This document shows positions 53,231-64,000 of a stretch of DNA of 64,000 nucleotides, piece after piece. Origin of the DNA: Raillietiella orientalis (Eukaryota); contig JAYWIR010000019.1 in assembly GCA_036172245.1 (NCBI GenBank), positions 3,224,001-3,288,000 of the forward strand, written 5' to 3'. The translations under genes and the position numbers were made by a program. How positions within the stretch are numbered: position 1 is the stretch's first letter; each line of letters opens with the position of its first letter. The notes beneath the pieces are model-generated. The model was given only the letters and a program-made list of their open reading frames with translations, searched no databases and was not told where the DNA came from.

Positions 53231-53415
53231 AGTTTCATGATGACTTTCTTGTCGGAATCGTTCTGGCGGTTACATTCATGCCAGGGCCGAGATCTGCTTG
53301 AATCGGAAGTGGTTAGGGATTCGTCCCCGGATGCGACGAGAACAGCAGTATCTGTGTTAAGAAGAGAATGCTGACTGGCCGATGAAGCTGTTACTAATTC
53401 TTGGTATTCAATATT
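53231..53415 (-). CDS. grh: grh exon A (most 5' recognised; pre-DBD region)
   Basis: ctttcag| NIEYQELVTA...SRSRPWHECNRQNDSDKKVIMK ct|gtaagg; matches the arthropod Grh RPWHDFGRQND motif; phase 0 to 2. Confidence 0.88.
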
Positions 53416-54649
53416 CTGAAAGACCAAAGTATGCACACAAATGTGTATATATATATATACGTGTATATATATATGTATATATATTCAACTTCAAGAAAGC
53501 AAGTTTTTCAATGCTACAATCAAATAAAGATGGGAGATAAGCTGCATTTCTCTCTCTCTCTCTCTCTCTCTGTCTGGCTTTGCATTCGCGCTACGTGATT
53601 ACGCCTGCAACCACCGGTTGCCTGTTGCTGTTCGGACTCTCGTTCTTCATCACACCTCGGCCGAGGGACGCATATCTGACAAGAAAGCGTTTTCGATCGA
53701 GCGGAAAGTTTTCAGCTCCGAAAAGAACTGCTTGCTTTCTGATGCAGAAGCTGCAGAAAGATCCGATCATCTTAGGGAGGAAGGGACGCTCGAATTTTTA
53801 GCACCGTTACTAGGAGACCAGTTTCTTAAGGAAATCCTGGCGAAGGATGAGGATAAGGTAGTGGTTAAAATCTGTACAGCGGTAGGGGTGGAATTCTCTC
53901 GTGCTTCGCCATTCTTATACAAGACTTGTTCCAGACTGGAACATCTCGCAGAAGCCATCTGAGAGCTTTGCGTCCTAAAGACATGCTGCTGATTGTACAA
54001 TCGCATGGACACACACTGGAAATCTTTTTGCTTCATTTTTATAAGCAATCGCGTGATCCTGCTGATGAGCGCTGTCCTTTTTGGGTGTAAGTGTATTGGG
54101 GACCGTGCTGGAGACATGGAAGGTAGGAGGCTCTGCTCCAGGCCGCCTGTCAGAGTGAACAGACTGCCTGGAGAGAGGGAGGAAGAAGGGAAGAAAGAAA
54201 GCAGCAAAAGTGTTAAGGAAGACGAAAAGCTACACGGGATTAAGGAATGCGATCTTGCGTGAATCAGGTCCAAAGTCAATCAGTGCAAAATGTGCTATCG
54301 AGATGCCCAGGCAACCAATTTTTCCACCTGAAAGATACTTGAAGAACGACCAAGAATGGTAACACGAAAAGAGGAAGAAATTTCAAAAGCACAGCAATGT
54401 GAAAATAAATAATAATCCGTTGTTAAAAATAACAAAAAGGACACTGACGGGGCAAGAGCTACACTAAAAAAGAAACAGTGATTTGGGACGAGCCAAGGAT
54501 ACTAGTTAGCTTCAACCAATTAATCACAGTGGTTGTACACTACTGGGAAAAAAGTATAAAGAAAACACAAATTCTGGGTTTAAATAGCGAATTCGAAGCA
54601 CTTCTGATTACGAAGAAGAAAAACAAAATAAGAGGTGAAGATTTCTGGT

Positions 54650-54691
54650 AGACCACGGGAGCTCTCCGAGCTCTCCGAGCTCCCGTGGTCT
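54650..54691. repeat. perfect 15-bp inverted repeat with 12-nt loop
   Basis: agaccacgggagctc ... gagctcccgtggtct; the loop region includes a 9-nt tandem duplication (gagctctcc). Confidence 0.9.
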
Positions 54692-56086
54692 CCGAGGTTT
54701 CCCGGAGGAAGGCAGGGTGAATAGCACTCACAAGAAAAAATTCAGTATGATTGCTTTTTCGAAACGCAGGAAAAAACATTCTCGTAACTTTTAAATGGAT
54801 TTTAGGGAACCCAAAGCGAAAGCAATCGCTGCTTTAAGAGTTTCCTCTGAATCAAGGATGTTAAAATGCCTGCTGGAGATGCAGTTCGGTTCCGAGAGCG
54901 GATTCATTCTTTGGGAGCATCAGGCATGGTCAGATGGAAGTTCGACTCCAAGGGCCTTCAAGCAGAGCACTGCTCAAATGCTAGGATATTGACACAGTCC
55001 AGTCCAGTACTGCGAATAAATGGTAGCTGATACGACAATGGAACCCGGAGCGGCATTCGGCAGAAAATGTTTTTTTTTCTCTCCTTTTCACAGGAAACAC
55101 AGTCACTCCTGCGTGCAGGACCCCTTTCGTTACTGCGACTTCCTGGCGTGCAGGCTTCGATTTGTATATCTCTCTCGCTACAGACACTCATCACCTCATG
55201 TCTTGAGGAAAAGATGCGTATTTTCATACAAGTGTACGAGGAAGAAGGCCGAGGACAAACAGGTGCTCCGGGAAGAGAGAGGCATAAGAGCACTTGCAAA
55301 GAGCTATCGGATGCACGGGTGCTGGAGAGGCTGCTCCAGTGAGTGGTCGCGGTACAGCGCTGCTCGTGTTCAACGAAGATGTGGCGATTCCGGAAAATGT
55401 TGGCTGATGTCGCATGAGAACCTTTGAGTACACTCGGCAAATAATCACACTTTTATTATAGTTCAGTGACTTTCGGCGAAGGACTCATTGGACAATCAAA
55501 TGGTTTCGTTATTACGCGAAGCGGTTATGTCAACAGCAACGGAATTTTTCAGGAGGATTTGGTCAGCCGATTGCTCTGAGATTTATTAAACATCGTGGCA
55601 CTTGTGAAAAGGAAGACGAAATTTGAAGCCTCAAGATAAGAATGTGCAGTGACATGGGAAACTGATGATTATCTAAAGCCTCCGTGTTGCTCTATTGAAG
55701 TTAGGTGGGAAGCATTCGGAACCAGCGACCAGGAACTGCCGACTCTGCCAACGATGTTAGCAAGGATGCGGTTGGTTCCAACTTGCTAAAGGACGAATCC
55801 GATTTCGTAAGTTCCTGTGAAGGATGCTGATGAAGCTTTGGAGGACCGCCTGAGGGCACGGAAACGGTGGCTCACGCTTTTCGCATCCACATCCAAAGAT
55901 TCTGCCCTTCCGTTTGGCCAGCCACCACTTGCAGCGTTTAGGGCAGTTCTCTCTTGTTCGAGGAGCGCTTCAGATCGCCTCTTGCTTGCCTCCACAGTCT
56001 TGATTCCACGAGAATTCATCTCGGCAGTAGTGAATGGGAACCGATGCCCGAATTCGCATGCTGCTGCTGCTTTTGTAAACCTTCGA

Positions 56087-56130
56087 CACCAAATTCGGTG
56101 AGGAAGGTTACTTTCTCACCGAATTTGGTG
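56087..56130. repeat. inverted repeat / 20-bp hairpin
   Basis: caccaaattcggtgaggaag-gtta-ctttctcaccgaatttggtg: 19 Watson-Crick pairs plus one G-T. Confidence 0.9.
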
Positions 56131-59100
56131 AAAGTCTACACGGTTTATTTCTTGGAAGTTCTGTCGTTTTTTTTTTTGTGCGCTTTTTTAGGGAACATTT
56201 TCCGAATGTTTTTGGAATAAGCTCAGAAACTGCCTTTCCTGATTCAGCAGACATTCACTTTGAAGTTTCCGTTCGACCTTTTCCAGTTCCTGATAAACTT
56301 AAGGCTTTAAATTAATTTATTATTTACTACCATAAGGACTATTACTCTGCTGAGGATCATCGTTGTTGTTCGTGACCAAAATACTCGTTATGTTCAGATG
56401 CAAGAACGAGACCCATCATCTTCATTTCTGTGCATGAGTAGCATAGTTGAAATGAGTTCTTCAGCTTCCATCAAAAGGTGAAACGCTTTTCCTGTCAACT
56501 GCCACCAGCAATTTGAATTTGAGAGGACACGGGATTTTCGATTTGTTCTAGTGGATCCTGAGACGATATTGAAAAGCGTGGAACAAACTTTCAATCGACG
56601 ACTTCAGAAGTCTTCTGTCATGGATGCTCCTCGCTTTCCAAAGGCAGTCGTCAAATCCGTCTATGCAGAGAAAAGCTCTGAGAGCAGCAGGCACGAGTGG
56701 AAACGAAATGCATTCCGCTGTCAACTGTAGCATCAATTGATCCTTGTGTACTGAGTTTCAGCCGAGAAACTGTTCGATCAACTCTGCTGAGATGGAACAA
56801 CCTCTAGTTTGACCACTCGGTTGGGGTTCAGTGCATCTCCTTTCAAACAAACCGGGCTCAGAAAAAAAGAGTCCCTTTAATTTATTTCCATGCCTCTCCA
56901 GTTTCGTTTCTTCTTCATAGTCCGCATTCTATACCATGCTCTCCTAAAGACACCATAGCTTCCACAAGCCAAACTTTTAGAACGGGAAAATAAGAGCCAT
57001 CATTTCGTATAACTTGAGCCGTAGTGCACATCTTCAGCATGATTCGGAATGTGGACGTGGATTCGGTGCCACGAAAGTCATGGGTTGATCGCATGTACAT
57101 TATTCAAAGAAATCATCAACGTAGAAATGTAAGGTAACAGCTTCTTTGATGAAATTCGTGTAAAAACAGTGAATCTGAATTTCAAACGTAAAGTTACATA
57201 TACTAAGCATAGCCTATTGCAAAGTATACGATCTAATGACCCATCACAATGGAATAAACCCGGCTGCAAGAAGATGCATTAGATATCACTATATACAGAT
57301 GTGGATATATGTATGGATAGATAGATACAGATATAGATAGATAAGTCACAGCAAGTTTCCTTTTTTTTTTCTTCAGGATCTGCTCTCTGCAACTGCCTCC
57401 AGCGAGATCATGTAAAAGGTTCAAACTAATGATAAGTCTTATGGTGAAGGAAAACAGACATTTTCATAGAAAACAGCAACTACATTTCAGGCGCGTTTCA
57501 AAACACAAGGCCATTTGCAGATATTCTGCAGATTTCATTCGTGAAGATTCGGTTGCCATGGATTCCCTGCCTCCATTAGAAACACACACAAGCCGCGTTC
57601 AATGAAGAACATCATTTTACGTGAATCAAAAGGAAACCGAGAGACTAGAGCTGGTAGAAAAGGGAAAAGAAATCCTATGGAGCGTAGCAAGAGCAGGTAC
57701 AGATTAGAAGTCGATTCGAAGTGGAGCGCGAGGTGGGCAATCGTCGGGATAGGTTCGGCAGCAGAGCTGCGGAAGGATGTTGGCGCACATGGAGCCGGCG
57801 TAACGGGAATCTTCACATTTGCGACGAAGGTGGAGGATTGAAGCACGTAAACCAATGCGTCATCGAAGATACATTTTGGCCTTTCCGAGACAGATTTCGG
57901 TTCGTTAACGTGCCAGTGACACACTTCGGCTTGAGTGATGTTTCGCTAATTTTAATAATCAATCTTCGTTGATTAGTAGAAAGCAAAACAATCTGGGTTC
58001 TTGAAACATTCTGTTGCGAAGTGAAAGTCGATGAAGACCTCGTTCGGCGAATGCAGCAGCGTAGGAAAACATCCAGGAGACGGTGGGAAAAAAAAGGAAT
58101 CGGATGTTTAGGTATGTAGTTCCTGATCACTCGTGCTTTCAGCAGCTTTGAAGGGCAGGTCTGAGGACTCCGAGGTTTAATAACCCAGCACCCACTTGAA
58201 ACTCGGAAATCAACCTTAGCGTGGAACAACAGGTGGAAAAAAAAAAAAAAAGTCATCAAGGAAAGTGAAAGGCCAAGAAGAAACTCTTCTGTTTAACTGA
58301 TATCCATCTTGGTTTCACCACGAAGACGCGCATCTCACTTAACAGGACCGCGAACAAAATGAGTGATCCGTACCAGCGAGGTGCCCACATCTCCAGAGCT
58401 CCCCTTTTTTTATAACTGGTTCTTTCAGGGAGATGGCATTCCCACAAAACATCACCTGGATCATTGGGAAAAACACAAGTTACACAAGAGGCCACAAATT
58501 TTCTCAATCGAAAACAAAGCCAAAAAACTTTCCAAGCAAATGTTATGAAGAAATTCACTCTGAGTACCTCCTTCGGGTGGAGTAAGACCTGATTCGAGGA
58601 GAGGTCGTACGGCTCTCCACGAATGCTGTACTACATCTCCAGCTATATGACCCCGCAAATGCCGAAAGAACTCATCACTCAATACGCTCTTGAGGAAGTC
58701 GGTGCTTTGGAGTCCTGCTTCCTCGATATAAATGCTAAGCAACACCCTGACAATAAACAACACGACGCCATGACAGCATAATATAATTACAAACCCATCA
58801 TTCAAGTTCGAAACTCTCGGTTTCATTAGGCAAGTGCGATGTTGCATTGGTAAAAAATCATCGTGTGTTAAAATCATGCTATATGATAAAAATGTCACGA
58901 GAACAGCCGTGATTGCATTCCCAGGCGAAAGCTAAGATTAAACGATTTCCCAATCACTCGGTGTTCCTTTTTTTTTTCTTCTTCTTCTTTTCTCGCTCCT
59001 CCCCCTCGTTCCTCCGTAGGCATCAAATAGTATTCTCAATCCGCAACGGCTGAAGATGCCATCAAGCATTATTCAATGAGATGTTGTTATCCTCGTAAGC

Positions 59101-60539
59101 CTTTCGTTGCAATTTCTTTACGGTCACTTTCGACACGAACGAAAACAATGAATGCGATCCCTGGACTCCCGAAAATCTCCACGAACCATGCAGAGTTTTC
59201 TGTCACACTCAGTCGGATGACCGCTGAGCACATTTCTTGAAAGTCTTCATCGCTTAGGCGTCAGCGATTTCTCAGCTGGATGTCTCCTGGCAACCCCCTG
59301 ACACGATGCCGCGCTGTCCTGTGGCAGAGTTTTTTCACATCTGTTGAAGGAATGTGAGTGCGTTTACGCATGCGTCGGTTCGAAATCCTCCCCTTCAAAA
59401 TAAATCTCCTACGTGTTCTTTCACGTGGAAAGATGGCCTTCAAGACACGGGTGATTTTGAGAGGCTCAATCGGTTCCCCAAAGCGTGGACCTTTGGAACA
59501 GTCTTGCGCATGCCCGTGATCTCAATGACCCACAGCTGCCGCAAAATCCGCCGAGGACGGAACAAGCGGAATGGCGGATCCGCAGCTCACTTCCGCTTAA
59601 CAGAATTCGAGATTTCCAGATGGTTTCTCCCCTTTGGGTGTCGCGCTGGTTTTTTTCCGGCCATTTCGAAGAAGACGCAGCTTCTCAGGGGCAGGCCTTG
59701 AGGACAACAAGGAGGTGAAAACAAACCAACGATGTGGAAAAGGACAGTGCAGGACTGGTGCGAAAAGCAGTTCGCATGCAGCGGCAGAATGCTTTTCAAT
59801 GAAGAGGTGATGCGGGCGGATTGAACATCTCATCTCCGAGAGCATCGTTTGGGGTGTTTACACGACACGCCATGTTCGATGGAGGTTCAGCAGCAGGCAG
59901 GTATACACACACACACATATGGGAAAATGCCCAACGTTGACCTCATTCGGACGGAACGACTATAAAACGAGGTATTAAAGCAATTATTCTGTAATCATTT
60001 TGTAATTAAAAAAAAATCCCCCCAATAGAGTTGTAAAGAAGCACACATTACAAGAAATGTACCAGGGGAGGATGACTAAGTAACAAATTGCTTGGTCAAG
60101 AGAAGACAAATCGAGATTTTGATTGCTGCGGAGGAAGGCAATACGAGTACTCTTCTCGCAGAGTGTTAATTGCCCAAGGAAGACCGCGCTCCTACCTTGG
60201 AGAGCGATCTAATTAGAGCTGCAAGAAGAATTTGCAAAGTGCCAGACTTGGGAAGTTTCGGGGGAAACTGCGGAGCAGAGTTAAACCCTCTCGACACTCA
60301 TCTTCCGATTTTTCGAATCTTTGGAACCATTTCGTCTGTTGAGAGAGCACGAGTTCCCTGAAGGGCGCTCCCCGAAGGGAGTAACGTACTTCTTAACACT
60401 CTGGAGAGGAAACCCTCCATCGCGAACCAGTTTTGTAGTACGCAATGGAGGATCCTCTTTGAGAAGGCAAGACGGAGGGGTGGACGGCTCTATTTTCCCA
60501 GCCGGAAGGGAACCTCGTAGGGAACTGACGATCCTTAAC

Positions 60540-60780
60540 TCCTGGAAGGACCCCAGTCCCGGCCAGTCGACGGGAGCATCTGGTGGAAGGCGCCGGTTTC
60601 TGCCCGCTTCCACCAGTGCCGCTCCCGAAACCTACAGGCCAACCAGTATCATCCTTCCAGGGGGGAGGGGGCTCCACGACGCACCCATTTCCCGGCGCTG
60701 ATCTTTTACGGGGAGATTCGAACCCGCAACGCTTGGTACTATGCGCGGAGACCGTAGCAGCACGGACCAGCATGAGCCCT
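60540..60780 (-). mobile_element. tRNA-derived SINE-like element (decayed)
   Basis: Minus-strand B-box GGTTCGAATC at 60715-60724 with a degenerate A-box-like TGGTCCGTGCTG ~40 nt upstream; no clean tRNA cloverleaf; GC-rich body follows; 3' limit approximate. Confidence 0.5.
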
Positions 60781-63700
60781 CTAAGCAGTTCTATACGAAC
60801 CTTCTCCCCACAGCATATTCCATAATTCTACAATTTAGCATTCTAAGCTCTGCAGCTAGTAGCAGTGCACCGACATACGCTAACATTCCACGAAACACAC
60901 ATACAAACATCAGGATGGCAGAGCTGAGCAAAATCGTTGAGCAGCTCTCGTCATGGAATCGACGAAGATGAAGTTCAAACTGATTTGGAAAATAGAATTA
61001 CGATTTTATCTTTTTTTTTGTAGAGTTTATCTGTTAGCCTTTCTCGGTACGCAGTGATTTCTTGTGGGCTTTTTGCAATTCGTCGGCCACAAGTTTAGGT
61101 TCGGTTCTTAAGGACGCTGAAAGAAAGACCAGAAAGGGATGCTGAGAGGATGCTGAACGAGGAAGCAGATAGGGGGGATCGAAACCGCTGCTTTCCATCT
61201 CGCCAGATTCCCAGCGCGTATATTTGATGAAATCTCGGCAGCCTGGTTTCTCCCCAGTCAAACAGTGAAATCCAGTTCTGAAGGAGTCTCGACCGCTTCG
61301 GAGGCAGGGAGTACTCTTGGTCGAGTACTGCAGTGTGGCGTTCACACGTGGGCTAATTGGTGAACGCCTTCCGGGATCGTCCCCGAGCTACTGAACCAAG
61401 AAGGAACAAGGGAGACCCGCTCCCGAAGGAAACTTTGGAACATATCGAGGGACCAGGTGAGGCTGCGAACGCATAAAGCGCGGAGCACGGGGGAACCTCG
61501 AACTTCCCGCTGTTGGTGCACTTCAGCCTGCGTCGTGAATTTCCTCATGAGGTCGAATTGATCGGTCCAACTGGCAAGTCGGTAGGTGGCTCGAAACTCT
61601 CATACACGCTTTGCTGTGGTGACTGCGGCTGGAGACGCTGTAAAGCGCTTGGTACTTTGTCAGGGAACGTGCGGAAGGACTCCCATCGATGGGTCGCCGC
61701 ATGCGTAAGAACAAGCGCAGCTCACACAAAGTTGCAGCAGCGGATGCTAAGGGTAAGGGACAAGGGCGATGGACACTCCCAACCAGAAAAATGGAGAGTG
61801 CAAGCATTCTAGGAACTCACTGTACTCGTGGAAAAATTCTGTGGAAATCTATTTCGGATGCTGTCAGCGTGTTTTCTGCAGCCGCAGTCGTTTCTAGACC
61901 CCACGGATGGGATACGGCCGTGACTGTACAGCCGGACATCCGCTCGCAGCTGCCGCAAGATGTTTGAAAAAAATCCTTCAAAATTTCCCCAGGGATTGCA
62001 ATGCAGCTCACAATTAGAGTCTCGTGAAAGTTTAGCATCCGCCGATCATCACCTGGATCGGGATTCTTTTTCGAGTTCTTTAATCTAGCGCCATCACCCG
62101 CTTGTCGCACCTCTCGGGAACACCTTATCGCTAACGAGTTGAGCATCCATTTCCGTCATTTGTTCGGCATTCATGAGCGGAAATTAAGCAGATTGGAAGA
62201 CCGATATCCTGATGATAAAAGATCGGCAGTCCGATTCCTGCCGTATTTGGAAAAAAAAAAAAAAAATAGAGAGGCTCGAAGGAGTGATGGAACATTTTCC
62301 CCAAGCTGGACGTGCAGCGACATGCAAATTTTCGATATCATGCAGGAACAGGAAAGTTTCAAAAGACAGACTTGGCCCTGACGGAATCGAAAACCCGACG
62401 TCAGACACTGGCCGGGAAGCAGATAGAGAACGATGGAAGGTCAAGTGTATGAATGCCGTATTTGCACACCAGCATCGCTTGCATGAAAAGCGGAATGACC
62501 TTGCAGCTCTGAGAATTCGTAGGTCTCAGAAGAAGCCGTCCTTACGCAGGATGCCCAGGTTGTTCTCCATTCTACCTGGGACTTGATTTCATCTACGTAA
62601 TGTATCTCCTTGTTCTTCTGGCTGGCTAAGTAGGTCCTCGCGTTGCGGTGGTGAAGACTGAAATCTGCAGCAGCCAGGTTCTGCCTTGGCAGTCCAAACA
62701 ACAACCGTGTTTTGAGAACGGTTTCAAGAAAGGAAGCTGTTCTGGTTCCGACGTACCAAAAGTGCTTGTCACAGGAATTCCAGAGCAAATACCGCAGTCC
62801 GAAGCTCTGGCATCGCGTGAGCGCGAGGTGCCACTATGTTCCGTGAAATTAGCGACCTGCAACTCGTGTTCAGACAGACAGTTTCTCTTCTGAAGGGAAT
62901 ACCCCGAACACCTTCAGTTTAGCCGTCACAGCCGCACCTCGGATGACTTCAAGAATCGGGCTGCATTTCATCGGATCCAATGGATTCAACTTGCACTGCC
63001 GTTCCATCCTCCTGGATCTCCTCGGGAATCCAGTACTCCGCATCCATCTCAGTCGGAGCGCCAGTGGAACTCGGAACCAGGTGCCTCAACTTCAAGAACG
63101 TTTGCAAGGGTTCAAATTTATTCCAGGGAGGCGGTGCAGATGAACCACGCCTGGTGGATGACCTCCGAAGATTACTGTGCTTTAAAGATGTGGTTCACGC
63201 GAGAGAGATGCCGAAAGGACTTGGTGGCCGGTTGGTGGTTGAATTGATTTGAGACTTCGGTACGGATGCTGATGAGGAACAATTCTAAGACGACGCTAGA
63301 GCATTCGGATTTAGCAAGTTTCGCAGATGAGGTAGCCAGAGAGTCTGCTCGAAGAATGCGAAGCTTTCTAAAGCTCGGAAGAGAGTCTCGCCACAGCCTT
63401 TCTAAAGGAAACTCGTCTCGGAAGCACAGAGGACGTCAGCAGCTTCAAGAACTATCCACCTGACAGCACTGAAGGAAGGGCCTGCGGTCGGAGAGAGAAG
63501 AGGCACTGCGATCCCGAAGACCAGTTGAACACTCTAATGGAGGCAGTGTGGGAATCCTACAAAACCCAAGGCACTTCGAAGACGCAAGTTTTCCAAGAAT
63601 CATCTCATTGTAGCTTTCCCGGAGCCACTGTCGACAAGAGCTGCTTCTTTCACTTCGCAAACCATCCCAGTCAAGCTGCAGATTCCTTGTGCAGTGCAAA

Positions 63701-64000
63701 CATGGCATCAGGAAAAGCTGGAGAGTGACCCTTCGGGCACTTAAATAAGGAATAAGATGGAATGGAGGGAATGAAGCAACAGTCGGTTTTCCTTTTTCCG
63801 GATTTCGCTCCATTCCCCCAGTGGAGGAAGGCACATCGCCTGCGGAAGGAAGGTCTCCCGTACAAACAGACGCCCGACAAACACTTGGCATCTTCCAGCA
63901 CGGCGCGTCTTCCGTTTAACTTTCCACCCACCCTCTATTCCAACCTTCGCTTCCTTTCCTTCTTTTCCGAAATTTACTGTCTCTGGATGCATAAATATCC

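Larger units (their letters stand above)
20685..53415 (-). other. grh: grainyhead gene span (12 recognised coding exons; 5' end incomplete)
   Basis: Joined exons read NIEYQEL...[55 protein letters not shown].../SVITLMFRDEK...AWQFWHSRQHSIKQRILDV/D...NAIAVYWNP.../[29 protein letters not shown]...[23 protein letters not shown].../...ERLMLFVKQQEETVYTPLHLVPPS.../...KIDDEMLRHYCNEDTF...ITLIELPPA*. These are hallmark Grh motifs; phases are consistent and the total is 1482 nt. Confidence 0.97.

Noticed and set aside
56015..56065. NSGIGSHSLLPR as the Grh SPDSGIG...TPR N-terminal exon
   Set aside because: Immediate in-frame stop and no suitable splice donor
1883..60432. Grh autoregulatory sites (AACCTGTT 1883, AACTGGTT 3606 and 58414, AACCAGTT 60425)
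   Set aside because: About the number expected by chance in 64 kb, and not clustered
60700..60780. Functional tRNA gene
   Set aside because: B-box present, but no convincing acceptor or anticodon stems; better explained as a SINE head

Overview
Eukaryotic (probably arthropod/panarthropod) genomic DNA dominated by a minus-strand, multi-exon grainyhead (grh; CP2/Grh family) transcription-factor gene. I reconstructed 12 coding exons by hand between 53415 and the stop codon at 20685. All have GT-AG boundaries and matching intron phases, giving 1482 nt (493 aa + stop) with a complete CP2 DNA-binding domain and C-terminal dimerisation domain. The N-terminal exons were not recognised; they lie outside the window or are too divergent. 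The introns hold a decayed antisense RLE-type (Utopia/NeSL-like) non-LTR retrotransposon fragment, a degenerate ~46-bp RY-rich minisatellite, long polypurine/polypyrimidine tracts and a ~16-kb GC-rich domain. Two long hairpins and a tRNA-derived SINE-like head lie upstream of the first recognised exon. The left 20 kb has decayed LINE remnants, microsatellites, an AT-rich block and weak hints of unannotated spliced transcripts. Most entries in the ORF track are spurious. I found no convincing new biological system; the findings are modest leads.
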